A stretch of 61,623 nucleotides of DNA from Chloroflexota bacterium (GTDB lineage: Bacteria; Chloroflexota; UBA11872): assembly GCA_028874315.1 (NCBI GenBank), contig JAPPKM010000170.1, forward strand, positions 1 to 61,623, written 5' to 3'. Positions 8,219 through 17,937 of the stretch are shown piece by piece. Under the pieces are notes generated by a model. It was not told where the DNA came from and did not search any database. It was given only the letters and a program-made list of their open reading frames with translations. The first letter of the stretch is position 1. Each line of letters starts with the position of its first letter. The translations under genes and the position numbers were made by a program.

Positions 8219-11200
8219 GCGACCGCGCCGCGCGGCGGTCGATGGCGCTTCGCTTGTTGCGACGAGGCGCGCGTCCACCAACGCCCACCTGGGCGCTCCA
8301 CGCCGTCGCGCTAGTCGCCGTGCTCGCCGTTGGCGCGGCCCTGCGATTCGTCGGCCTGGACTGGGATCAAGGCCAGCACCAGCACCCTGACGAGCGCTTC
8401 CTCAGCACCGTGCTGCTACAGATTCAGCCGGCGCCGGACCTGTGGACGTACTTCGATCCCCGCCGTTCGCCGCTCAACCCGTTCAACCACGGGATTTCGT
8501 TCTTCGTCTACGGCACATTCCCGCTCTACCTTCTCGAATCGCTGGCACGCGCGCTGGGCCGCACCGGCTACGACGAGGCCTACCTGGTCGGTCGGGCGCT
8601 CGCGGCCCTGTTCGACCTGGGAACCGTGCTGCTGGTGTACCTGCTGGGACGACGGGTGCTGGGTCCGTGGCCAGGGTTGATGGCGGCAACCCTGATGGCC
8701 CTGGCGGTGCACTCAGTTCAGATCGCGCACTTCTTCGCGGTCGACACCTTTGCCACGTTCTTCGCCACGCTCACGCTCTGGCTGCTGGTTCGCTACGGGC
8801 GGTCCCGCGACGCCCGCAGCCTGGGACTGGCCGGCATCGCCGCCGGCCTGGCCATGGCCAGCAAGCTGAGCACGGGTCTGCTGCTGGCATTCGTCGCCGG
8901 ATGGTGGGCGCTGACGTGGATACGCGAGGGGTCGCTGCGCGATACCTGGACGAGTCGCGGCGTGCGGGTGGCGCACCTGGCCGTCTTCGGCGCATTCGCC
9001 GCCCTGACCTATCGGCTCTTCCAGCCCTATGCGTTCGCCGAGGCGTGGCCCTGGGACTGGCGGCTGGGGCCCGCGTTCACCAGCGCGTTGGCCCAACAGC
9101 AGGCCATCCAGTCGGGCAGGCTGGACTGGCCGCCAGGCATTCAGTGGGCGGGTACCACCGCCTGGCGTTATCCGCTGGAGCAGATCGTGCGCTGGGGCGC
9201 GGGTCCCGCATTCGGCCTCGCGGCGCTGGTGGGACTGGTCCTGGCTGCGGTGGACTGGTGGCGTCAGCGGAAGCACGTTCTCGCGCTGGTGCTGGCCTGG
9301 GGCGGGCTGAACTTCCTGGTCTTCGGCGCGTTCGTGCTCAAAACCATGCGCTACGTCCACCCGGTGTACCCGGTGCTCGCGCTGGTGACCGCCTGGGCCT
9401 TCTCGTGGAGCTGGAGGCAGCGCGGTCGGCTGCACGGTCTGGCCGGCTGGGTCATCGCTGCGGCGCTGGCCACGGTGCTGGGCGCGACGGCGCTGTGGGC
9501 GCTGGCCTTCACGCAGATCCACGGCCGTGAACACTCGCGCGTCACGGCGTCCGCATTCATCTACGCCAACGCGCCGCCCGGGTCCACGATTGCCGTGGAG
9601 CACTGGGACGACGCGCTGCCGCTGCCGCTTGATGGGTTGCATCCAGACCGATTCAGGCGGGTGCAGGTTCGGGTGTACGATCCCGACCGCGAAGCCAAGC
9701 GGACGTACCTGATCGAGGCGCTCAACCAGGCCGACCTGGTGGTGCTGGCGAGCGATCGGGGCGCGGCCACCATTCCGCGCATGCCCCAGCGCTATCCGTT
9801 GACGGCGCGCTACTACGCGGCCCTGGACGACGGGTCGCTGGGGTTTGACCTGCTGGCGCGCTTCGAGTCCCGTCCCTCGCTGGGTACCTGGGTCATCGAC
9901 GACCGCGAGGCCGAGGAGGCGTTCAGCGTCTACGACCACCCCACGGTCTCGATCTACGGGCGCCGCGGCGACGGGACCGCCGCCGCTATCCAGCGTGAAC
10001 TCGGGTCGGTCGATTTGCGCGGCGTCATGCAGGTGCTGCCAAAGGACGCCGTCGCCCGCCGAACGGACCTGACGTCAACCGAGGCCGCGCGCGTCGCGGA
10101 GGAAGCGGGGTGGCCCGCCCAGTTTCAAGAACGACCGTTGCGCGGGGCCGGCGCGCTGCTGGCCTGGCTGGCGGCGGTATGGGTGGCCGGACTGCTGGCC
10201 TGGCCGCTGGTCTGGCTGGCGCTGCGACGAATGCCCGACCGTGGCTACGCGGCCGCTCGCGTCTTGGGGCCAACGCTGCTCGTCGTGCCGGCCTGGTGGC
10301 TTGCCAGCACCGGCGCACTGCGCTTCGACACGCCAGCGATCCTCGCCGGCGTGGGCCTTGTGGCGGTGGCTGCCGGCATCGTGGTCTGGCGACGCGGAAG
10401 CGAGCTGCGGTCTGCGATCGCGAGATCGGCCAGACCAATTCTGCTGACCGAAACGCTGACGCTGCTGGCCTTCGGCGCCATGCTGATCCTCAGGGTCCGC
10501 AACCCCGACCTCTGGCACCCGGTCTTCGGCGGCGAGAAGCCCATGGACTTCGCGCACCTCAATGCCGTGATCCGCAGCCCGGTGTTCCCGCCGCACGATC
10601 CCTGGTACTCGGGCAGCCGGCTGAACTACTACTACCTGGGCCACGTGCCCACGGCCGCGCTGGCCAAGACGCTGGGCGTGGTTCCGGCTACGGCCTACAA
10701 CCTGGCGGTGGCCAGCGCCTTCGCCGCGGCGGTGGCCGCGGTGTTTGGCGCGGCGTCGGGCCTCTGGTCGCTGCTGGGACGGCGGTGGCGCGAGGCCGCC
10801 GGCGTCGGACTGGCCGCGGTGGCGCTGGTGCTGCTGGCCGGGAACCTGCACGTGGGCCTGCAGTTGGCGGTTTTCGCGCAGCAGGCGGCCGGCGACACTG
10901 GCATCGCGGCGCTGGAGGCACCAGGGCTCCTACTCGGCGGCGGGCTCGCCGAGGCCTTCGACTTCTGGGCGGCAACCCGGGTGATCCCCAGAACCGTGAA
11001 CGAGTTTCCCTGGTTTACCTTCATGTACGGCGACCTGCACCCGCACCTGCTGAACTTCGCCAACACGGCGGCCGCCTTGATCGGCACGGCGGCAATTGTT
11101 GGTCTGGGCGAGGCGGCCAGGCGCCGGCACGCGACCGGTTGGCACTCGTGGGCGGCGGTTCTGGCGTTTCAGACGTTCGTTCTGGCGCTTCATCGGGTGG

Positions 11201-12477
11201 TCAACCCGTGGGATTACCCCACGTACGCCGTCGTCACGCTCGCCGCGTTCGGGTACGCACTCTGGCGTGGCGGCCAACTGGGGCCGCGCGCAATCGTCGC
11301 GGCCTTACTCGGGACGCTGGTGGGGTTGACCGTGGTTACCCAACTCCTGTTTCAGCCGTTCCATGCGTCCTACGTGGACTTCTACGGCGGCCTGGATCCC
11401 ACCCCTGGAACCACCCCCGCCGCGCAATGGCTGCTGATCTTCGGTCTGCCGCTGGCCGTGCTGGCCACCTACGCGGCGTTGCGCCTGCTCGAACAGTTGC
11501 GGGCCGAGCCGTCGAGGGCGGCCCTGCTGGCCGCGGGCATCGCGGCCGCGGCGTTGCTGCTGGGGCTGCTTGGGGCAGGCGCCGACTGGTCGACCCGAGC
11601 GCTCATCCTTGGCCTGCTGACCCTGGGCGCCACCGCCGCCTGGCGGGCCCGGCACGAGCCGTCCGTGTTGGCGCCCCTGGCCCTGCTACTGGCCGGCGTC
11701 GGTCTCACGGCGGCGCCGGAAGTCATCGTCGTACGCGACGACATCGGACGGCTCAACACCATCTTCAAGTCCTACCTGCAAGCCTGGACGCTGCTGGGCC
11801 TGGGCGCGGCACTGGCCGTGCCCTATCTGGTGCGGGCGCTCCGGCCTCGACGCGGGGTCCGCTTTGTGTCCGCGCGTGTCGCCTGGGCGGCCGGCCTGGC
11901 ACTGCTCGCGGCCGCGGCGCTCTCGTACCCAATCCTGGCCACGCCGCACAAGCTGAGCCTGCGCATCCAGCCGCTGCCGGCGACGCTGGACGGCGAGGCC
12001 TTTATGGACGGCGGCCGGATTTACGACCAGGGCGTACCTGTCGATCTGAGCGCCGACCGCCGGGCCATCGAATGGTTGCGCACGCAGGTCGAGGGGGCGC
12101 CGGTCGTGGCCGAGACGCCAACCACCATCTACCGATGGGGCGGACGAGTCTCGGTTTACACCGGCTTGCCCACCATCATGGCCTGGGACTGGCACGCCAA
12201 GCAGCAGCACTGGGGCTACGTGCATGAGGTGGAGGCGCGATTCGACGACGCCCGCGAGCTGTTTTCGACCAGGGACGTCAGGCGCGCGCGGGCCTTGCTC
12301 TCGACCTTCAACGTCGGTCTGATCTACGTTGGCGAACTGGAACGGAGCATCTATGCCGCGGAGTCTCTGGCCAAGTTCGACCGTATGCAGGCGCTCGGCG
12401 TACGCGAGATTTACCGGGACGGTGATACGGTGATCTATCGCGTAGATCCCAGTAGCCTGTCCGTGCCGTCCGGATAA
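8215..12477 (+). CDS. large polytopic membrane protein: N-terminal GT-C (ArnT/PMT-like) glycosyltransferase region plus DUF2298/'Chlor_Arch_YYY' domain
   Basis: 1420 aa with more than 20 hydrophobic segments. LNYYYLGHVP motif characteristic of the YYY domain family; N-terminal region resembles dolichyl-phosphate-mannose/ArnT-type transferases. Confidence 0.8.
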   Translation: MSDRAARRSMALRLLRRGARPPTPTWALHAVALVAVLAVGAALRFVGLDWDQGQHQHPDERFLSTVLLQIQPAPDLWTYFDPRRSPLNPFNHGISFFVYGTFPLYLLESLARALGRTGYDEAYLVGRALAALFDLGTVLLVYLLGRRVLGPWPGLMAATLMALAVHSVQIAHFFAVDTFATFFATLTLWLLVRYGRSRDARSLGLAGIAAGLAMASKLSTGLLLAFVAGWWALTWIREGSLRDTWTSRGVRVAHLAVFGAFAALTYRLFQPYAFAEAWPWDWRLGPAFTSALAQQQAIQSGRLDWPPGIQWAGTTAWRYPLEQIVRWGAGPAFGLAALVGLVLAAVDWWRQRKHVLALVLAWGGLNFLVFGAFVLKTMRYVHPVYPVLALVTAWAFSWSWRQRGRLHGLAGWVIAAALATVLGATALWALAFTQIHGREHSRVTASAFIYANAPPGSTIAVEHWDDALPLPLDGLHPDRFRRVQVRVYDPDREAKRTYLIEALNQADLVVLASDRGAATIPRMPQRYPLTARYYAALDDGSLGFDLLARFESRPSLGTWVIDDREAEEAFSVYDHPTVSIYGRRGDGTAAAIQRELGSVDLRGVMQVLPKDAVARRTDLTSTEAARVAEEAGWPAQFQERPLRGAGALLAWLAAVWVAGLLAWPLVWLALRRMPDRGYAAARVLGPTLLVVPAWWLASTGALRFDTPAILAGVGLVAVAAGIVVWRRGSELRSAIARSARPILLTETLTLLAFGAMLILRVRNPDLWHPVFGGEKPMDFAHLNAVIRSPVFPPHDPWYSGSRLNYYYLGHVPTAALAKTLGVVPATAYNLAVASAFAAAVAAVFGAASGLWSLLGRRWREAAGVGLAAVALVLLAGNLHVGLQLAVFAQQAAGDTGIAALEAPGLLLGGGLAEAFDFWAATRVIPRTVNEFPWFTFMYGDLHPHLLNFANTAAALIGTAAIVGLGEAARRRHATGWHSWAAVLAFQTFVLALHRVVNPWDYPTYAVVTLAAFGYALWRGGQLGPRAIVAALLGTLVGLTVVTQLLFQPFHASYVDFYGGLDPTPGTTPAAQWLLIFGLPLAVLATYAALRLLEQLRAEPSRAALLAAGIAAAALLLGLLGAGADWSTRALILGLLTLGATAAWRARHEPSVLAPLALLLAGVGLTAAPEVIVVRDDIGRLNTIFKSYLQAWTLLGLGAALAVPYLVRALRPRRGVRFVSARVAWAAGLALLAAAALSYPILATPHKLSLRIQPLPATLDGEAFMDGGRIYDQGVPVDLSADRRAIEWLRTQVEGAPVVAETPTTIYRWGGRVSVYTGLPTIMAWDWHAKQQHWGYVHEVEARFDDARELFSTRDVRRARALLSTFNVGLIYVGELERSIYAAESLAKFDRMQALGVREIYRDGDTVIYRVDPSSLSVPSG

Positions 12478-12514
12478 ACAGTGCGTCGGCGGCGATGCCG
12501 AGGGAAGGCCTGAC

Positions 12515-12883
12515 ATGGCGACCCAACTCCTGAGCCGCGTGGTCCTGCAGCAGGTCACACAACAGGTGCTGCCGCGGGTGCTCCAGCAGCTGCCCGAGCT
12601 CATGGCGCGCACGCAGCCCGGCGCACCCCAGCAGGCGCCGACATCGGACCTGTCGCGCATGAACGCCCTGGCCATCGGCGAACTCCGCGCCGAAGTCGGG
12701 CAGACCCAGGCCCGAGTCGACCGAGACGCGGCCCGCCAGCAAGCCATGGAACAACGAATGGACCGGCTGGAAGAACAGGCAAAGTGGCGCCGCACGGCGC
12801 TCACCTTTGCAACGGCCGTGGTGGCCTACGGCATCGGCTTCGGAACCGCCATCGTCCTCGCGCTGCTTGGCGCATTTGGCTAG
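12515..12883 (+). CDS. hypothetical coiled-coil protein with C-terminal membrane anchor
   Basis: 122 aa; Gln-rich helical N-terminus and a single C-terminal hydrophobic segment ALTFATAVVAYGIGFGTAIVLALLGAF. Confidence 0.45.
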   Translation: MATQLLSRVVLQQVTQQVLPRVLQQLPELMARTQPGAPQQAPTSDLSRMNALAIGELRAEVGQTQARVDRDAARQQAMEQRMDRLEEQAKWRRTALTFATAVVAYGIGFGTAIVLALLGAFG

Positions 12884-12957
12884 CGCAAGGGGTGCGATGC
12901 GCCAGCGACACGGTGGAAACGCCAGCGGACCAGCGACCCCGCTAACGGAGCAGCGCC

Positions 12958-13680
12958 GTGTCCGCTGACCTGACCGGCGCCTTCAGGCGTGTCACGGGCG
13001 TGCTGGGAGAGGACCCGAACCTGATCACCACGCTGGAGGTCGTGGACACGCTCAACGAGATGGTGGAGGGCGTGCATCCAATCCTTCGCTGCCCCAGCGG
13101 CTGCGCCCGCTGCTGTTACCAGCAGGTCTTTATCAGCGAAGAGGAGTGGGCCATCCTGCTGCCGGCCCTGCACCGCGACTCCACGGCCGACGAACGGCGC
13201 CGGATCGTGCGGCGCGCCCGCCGCCTGCTGGACCGTAAGCGCGGTCCACTGCGACGCGCGCTGCGCGCCCGCAACATCGAGGAACTCAGCCAACTGACCA
13301 TGAACGTGGACCGGCGACGCGTCCAGCGATGCGTGCTCCTGACCAACGACAACCAGTGCGCCGGCTACCACGGTCGGCCCATGATCTGCCGGGCGTTCGG
13401 ACGCGTGACCCACACGATCGACAACCCCATGCTGTGCAAGATCTTCCTGGACCGGATTTCAGACGCGGGGCGCTCACACCGGGACCTGGAGCTGCCCGAC
13501 TTTGGCCCCGTGCGCGCGGCCTATTTGCTCGGCACCGCCGAGGATCTGCGCTTCACGCTACTGCCGGTGTTCGTATTCCTGCACGCCGACGCCGACGGCG
13601 ACCTGCGGCGGGAGCCGCAGCCCTTGCCGCGCGACGGCAGCTGGCCGGTCTTGACGCGCGAGGAGATCGCCGAGTTTTGA
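12958..13680 (+). CDS. YkgJ-family cysteine-cluster (CxxCxxCC) protein
   Basis: CPSGCARCC ... CVLLTNDNQCAGYHGRPMICRAFG matches the Zn/Fe-chelating YkgJ (UPF0153) pattern. Confidence 0.65.
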   Translation: MSADLTGAFRRVTGVLGEDPNLITTLEVVDTLNEMVEGVHPILRCPSGCARCCYQQVFISEEEWAILLPALHRDSTADERRRIVRRARRLLDRKRGPLRRALRARNIEELSQLTMNVDRRRVQRCVLLTNDNQCAGYHGRPMICRAFGRVTHTIDNPMLCKIFLDRISDAGRSHRDLELPDFGPVRAAYLLGTAEDLRFTLLPVFVFLHADADGDLRREPQPLPRDGSWPVLTREEIAEF

Positions 13681-13706
13681 CCGAGTCCGCCGACACGCTG
13701 GCGCCA

Positions 13707-15587
13707 ATGACGGTAGGCACCGCGGGTCACGTGGACCACGGCAAGTCCACCCTGGTCGAAGCGCTGACCTCGATCTTTCCGGACCGATTGGCCGAGGAGC
13801 GCGAACGCGGCTTGACCATCGATCTGGGCTTCGCCTGGTTCACACTGCCCGGTGGGCGCGAGGTGTCGGTGGTCGACGTGCCGGGGCACGAGCGATTCGT
13901 CTCCAACATGCTGGCCGGCGTGGGTGGGATCGATGCGGTGCTGCTGGTCATCGCGGCCGACGAAGGGGTGATGCCGCAGACGCGCGAACACCTGGACATC
14001 ATCAACCTGTTGGAGATCGACAGCGGCGTCGTTGCCCTGACCAAGTCCGATCTGGTCGACGACGAGTGGGCGGAGCTGGTCGAGGAGGACGTGCGCGAAG
14101 CCCTGGCCGGCAGCGCGCTGGCCGCTGCGCCGATCGTGCACGTATCGGCTCAGGCTCGAACCGGGCTGGACGAACTGGTTGAGACTCTCGACCGGTTGCT
14201 GGCCCACCGTCGCCCGCGGCCGGATGGCGGGGGCGCTCGGATCCCGATTGATCGGGTGTTCACGATGCCGGGCTTCGGCACCGTCATCACCGGCACCTTG
14301 TCCGGCGGACCGCTATACGTGGGTGATCAGCCCAACCTGTATCCCGGCGGAGACAGCGTGCGGGTTCGAGGCCTGCAGTCGCACCAGACGACGATCGATT
14401 TTGCGCAGCCGGGACGCCGGGTGGCGGTGAACCTGGGTGGGACGAGTCCTTCGCAGACGCGCCGCGGCGACGTGCTGGCAGTTGCGGGCGCAGTGTTCGA
14501 GACCCGACGCATCGACGCCCGGCTGCGCATGCTGCCCTCGGCGCCACGGGCGCTTAAGCCCGGCGAAGACGTGGCGCTGCACATCGGCGCGGCGTCCCGC
14601 CTTGCGCGGCTCCGGCTGCTGGAGACCGACCCCATTCCGCCGGGAGGGTCGGGCTGGGTCCAGTGGCGCCTGGACGCCCCAATCGCCGCGCGCCGGGGCG
14701 ACCGGTATGTGATCCGGCGGCTGTCACCCGCAGCCACCATCGGCGGCGGCCGCGTGGCCCGCGCCCTGGCACGCCACGCGCCTCGCGGAGATTCGGCGAC
14801 GCTTGCCACCTTGTCACGGGCCGCGGCCGGCGATCCGCTCGCGTTGGTACGCGATGCGCTGGCCGAGGAACTGGTGACACCGGACGACCTGGCCCGGCGA
14901 ACCGAACTGGACAGGGAGACTCTCGAGCGAGCCGTGGGCGAGCTCACCGCGGCCGGTGAAGCGGGCGCGCTGCGCAGTTACCTGGGAAGTAACCAGGTCA
15001 TCGATCGGTTGACTTCGGCGTTGCTGGCGGCGCTGCGGGAGCACCACGAGTCCGATCCGGGAGCAGCCGGTCTCCGAAGCTCCGACCTCGCCCGCACGCT
15101 TGACCTGCCGGCCAACGCCGTAGCCGAACTTGCGGCAGCCGCCGCCGGCGACGGATCGGTGCGCATCGACGGGCCGCGTATCGCCCTAGCCGGTCACCGA
15201 GTCGAGCTCAGCGAAGCCGAGAAGCAGACGGCGCTTCGTCTGCTGGCCCGGCTCGATCAGGGCGGCTCGGCGCCGCCCTCGCTAACCGAGGCGCTGACGG
15301 CCAGCGGCGGAACCGCCAGGCTGGCTGCGGCGCTGGCACAGGACGGACGGCTGGTTGTGCTGGCGCCCGACATCGCGCTCTCGCGGGGAACCTATAACGC
15401 CTGGCTCCACGATGTCCGCGGCCTCTTCGAGACGGCGCCCGCGGTGACCGTTCGCGAGGTGAGGGACGCACTGGGCACCAGTCGCAAGTACGCGTTGGCG
15501 CTGCTGGAATACCTGGACAGTCGCGCCGTGACCCGCCGCGTCGGCGATGCGCGCCTCTGGCTGGGCGACGGCGCCGAACGCGGCTAA
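13707..15587 (+). CDS. selB: selenocysteine-specific translation elongation factor
   Basis: Internal ATG at 13707: MTVGTAGHVDHGKSTL..ERERGLTIDLGF..DVPGHERF..LTKSDL (G1-G4 GTPase motifs), followed by a long winged-helix-type C-terminal extension. Confidence 0.85.
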   Translation: MTVGTAGHVDHGKSTLVEALTSIFPDRLAEERERGLTIDLGFAWFTLPGGREVSVVDVPGHERFVSNMLAGVGGIDAVLLVIAADEGVMPQTREHLDIINLLEIDSGVVALTKSDLVDDEWAELVEEDVREALAGSALAAAPIVHVSAQARTGLDELVETLDRLLAHRRPRPDGGGARIPIDRVFTMPGFGTVITGTLSGGPLYVGDQPNLYPGGDSVRVRGLQSHQTTIDFAQPGRRVAVNLGGTSPSQTRRGDVLAVAGAVFETRRIDARLRMLPSAPRALKPGEDVALHIGAASRLARLRLLETDPIPPGGSGWVQWRLDAPIAARRGDRYVIRRLSPAATIGGGRVARALARHAPRGDSATLATLSRAAAGDPLALVRDALAEELVTPDDLARRTELDRETLERAVGELTAAGEAGALRSYLGSNQVIDRLTSALLAALREHHESDPGAAGLRSSDLARTLDLPANAVAELAAAAAGDGSVRIDGPRIALAGHRVELSEAEKQTALRLLARLDQGGSAPPSLTEALTASGGTARLAAALAQDGRLVVLAPDIALSRGTYNAWLHDVRGLFETAPAVTVREVRDALGTSRKYALALLEYLDSRAVTRRVGDARLWLGDGAERG

Positions 15588-15589
15588 AT

Positions 15590-16768
15590 TCAGGCGTCGG
15601 GCAGCGCGGCGAGTCCGGGCAGTTCGCGGCCTTCCAGGAATTCCAGCGTGGCGCCCCCGCCGGTGCTGAGGTGGCCCATGCGGTCCGCCACGCCGGCGGC
15701 CTGCACCGCGGCCAACGCATCGCCGCCCGCAATCACCACGAAGGCGGAGGACTCAGCCAGCCCACGCGCAACGGCCAGCGTGCCCCGGGCAAACGGCTCA
15801 TGCTCATATACGCCCAGCGGCCCGTTCCATACCACCGTGCGGGCCTTGGCCAGCACCTCCAGGAAAGCGGCTGTCGCGGTCGGACCGATGTCCAGGGCCA
15901 TCTGATCTGCGGGAACCTGATCGGCCGGGACGACGGTCGTGGCGGCGTCGGGATCGATCGTCGCGGCGGCGACCGCATCGACGGGTAGCGGGATTCGGCA
16001 GCCGGAAGCCGCTGCGGCCGCTCGCACGGCGCCCACGGTCTCGGCTTGTCCAGGTTCGACGAGCGAACGCCCCAGTGCGCCGCCCGCATTGGCCACGAAT
16101 GTGTTGGCGATGCCGCCGCCCAGCAGCAGCGCGTCCACCTGCGTCGCCAGCATTCGTAGCACGCCAATCTTGTCCGAGACCTTGGCCCCGCCCAGGACGG
16201 CCACGTAGGGACGGTCCGGACTGCGAGTCAAACGATCCAAAGCCTGAATCTCGGCATGCATCAAGGGACCGGCGGCCGCGGGCAACACCCGCGCGACGCC
16301 CACCGTGCTGGCATGTGCCCGGTGAGCCGTGCCGAAGGCGTCGTTGATGTAAAGGTCTGCCAGACTCGCCAGCGCGGCGGTATGCGCTGGATCGTTCTGC
16401 TCCTCACCCGGATGGAAGCGCAGGTTCTCCAGCAGCAACACCTCGCCGTCGGTCAGGCGCCGTGACCGGGATTCCACGGTGGGACCAACGCTATCCGGGG
16501 CAAGCGCCACGACGCAGCCCAGCAGCTCGCCCAGGCGCTCAGCCACCGGCGCCAGGGTTAGTGCCGGATCGGCCTGCCCCTTCGGTCGGCCCAGGTGCGA
16601 CGCCACGACCAGCCGCGCGCCCCTGGCGCGCAGATCCTCCAGCGTGGGAGCGATGGCGCGCAGGCGCGTGTCGTCGCGAATCCTTTCGCCATCCAGCGGC
16701 ACGTTGGCGTCCACGCGCACGAACACGCGCCGGCCGCGGACATCCAGCGCCTGGCTGCCGCGTTTCAC
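15590..16768 (-). CDS. pgk: phosphoglycerate kinase
   Basis: 392 aa; RVDANVPL, SHLGRPKG, GGAKVSDKI and STGGGATLEFLEG signatures. Confidence 0.95.
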   Translation of the reverse strand: MKRGSQALDVRGRRVFVRVDANVPLDGERIRDDTRLRAIAPTLEDLRARGARLVVASHLGRPKGQADPALTLAPVAERLGELLGCVVALAPDSVGPTVESRSRRLTDGEVLLLENLRFHPGEEQNDPAHTAALASLADLYINDAFGTAHRAHASTVGVARVLPAAAGPLMHAEIQALDRLTRSPDRPYVAVLGGAKVSDKIGVLRMLATQVDALLLGGGIANTFVANAGGALGRSLVEPGQAETVGAVRAAAAASGCRIPLPVDAVAAATIDPDAATTVVPADQVPADQMALDIGPTATAAFLEVLAKARTVVWNGPLGVYEHEPFARGTLAVARGLAESSAFVVIAGGDALAAVQAAGVADRMGHLSTGGGATLEFLEGRELPGLAALPDA

Positions 16769-16861
16769 GGGCCGCGTCCTGCCGGAGCGCCCCTACGGGG
16801 CGGTCCCAGGATCGGGTTCGCACGCCGGCCGGGCGACAGGCGAGTCGTGGGCCGCCTCTGA

Positions 16862-16877
16862 TGTTTCACGTGAAACA
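16862..16877. promoter_or_regulatory. parS (ParB/Spo0J centromere-like binding site), perfect palindrome
   Basis: TGTTTCACGTGAAACA in the gap-pgk intergenic spacer is identical to the palindromic consensus parS. It extends to the 18-bp palindrome ATGTTTCACGTGAAACAT (16861-16878). No second copy was seen in the window. Confidence 0.65.
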
Positions 16878-16896
16878 TTGGGCGCGGACAGCCGCC

Positions 16897-17937
16897 TCAG
16901 ACGTTGGCGGGCGCTCCGACGCGCTCACCGATGGCCATCGCCGCGTCGCCGATCCGGCAGGCGTAGCCCCACTCGTTGTCGTACCAGGCGGCCACCTTCA
17001 CCAAGTCTCCGCCGATCACCATGGTGGATCCGGCGTCCACGATGGACGAGCGGGTATCGCCCTTGAGGTCGATCGAGACCAGCGGCTCATCCGACACGCC
17101 CAGGATGCCGTCCAGCCGACCGGCCGCCGCGGCGCGCAGCGCGTCGGTGACCTCGCCTTCGTCGACCGGACGCTCCAGGTGCGCGACGAACTCGACGATG
17201 GAGACGGTCGAGACGGGCACCCGGTAGGCCGCGCCGTGCATGCGCCCGTCCAACTCCGGGATCGCCAGCCCGATGGCGCGAGCCGCACCGGTGCTGGCCG
17301 GCACGATGCTCATCGCGCTGGCACGCGCTTCGCGCAAGTCGCTGATGGCGGTGTCCACCAGGCTCTGCGAGGACGTATAGGCGTGAATGGTGGACATCAG
17401 CCCCTTGCGCACCCCGAACTCGCGGTGCACGACATCCAGCGGCGGCGCCAGGCCGTTGGTGGTGCAGGAGGCGTTGCTGACGACGTAATGCGTGTCGGGG
17501 TCGAACTGATCGTCGTTCACGCCCAGGACCACGGTCAGGTCGGCATCGCCGGACGGCGCGGAAATCAGGACACGTCCCGCGCCGCCGTCCAGGTGCGCCG
17601 CGGCGCGTGCGCGCTCGGTGCCCACGCCGGTCGATTCCACGACGAGATCGGCGCCCAGGTCACCCCAGGGCATCGTGGACCAGTCGCGCACGGAGTAATA
17701 CGGGATCGGCGTCCCGCCCACGACCAACCCGCCGGCCGTGGCTTCCACGCTTTGACCGAAGCGACCGTAGTTGCTGTCGTATTGCAAGAGGTGCGCGGAG
17801 GCGCGCAACTCGGCGAGGTCGTTGATACCGACGACTTCGGCCTGGGGATGGCGTTCCAGGAGCGCTCGCAAGGCCAGGCGGCCGATCCGCCCAAACCCGT
17901 TGATTCCAATTCGCACGATGGTTCTCCTCGGTGTCAC
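16897..17937 (-). CDS. gap: type I glyceraldehyde-3-phosphate dehydrogenase
   Basis: RIGINGFGRIGR N-terminus, SNASCTTN active site, WYDNEWGY C-terminal motif. Confidence 0.95.
   Translation of the reverse strand: MTPRRTIVRIGINGFGRIGRLALRALLERHPQAEVVGINDLAELRASAHLLQYDSNYGRFGQSVEATAGGLVVGGTPIPYYSVRDWSTMPWGDLGADLVVESTGVGTERARAAAHLDGGAGRVLISAPSGDADLTVVLGVNDDQFDPDTHYVVSNASCTTNGLAPPLDVVHREFGVRKGLMSTIHAYTSSQSLVDTAISDLREARASAMSIVPASTGAARAIGLAIPELDGRMHGAAYRVPVSTVSIVEFVAHLERPVDEGEVTDALRAAAAGRLDGILGVSDEPLVSIDLKGDTRSSIVDAGSTMVIGGDLVKVAAWYDNEWGYACRIGDAAMAIGERVGAPANV

Noticed and set aside
10110-12227. 705-aa alternative-frame ORF inside the YYY membrane protein gene, plus similar 8442..9530 and 8713..9939 ORFs.
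   Set aside because: These are Arg/Gly/Pro-rich frames overlapping a coherent 1420-aa polytopic protein, which is a GC-content artefact.
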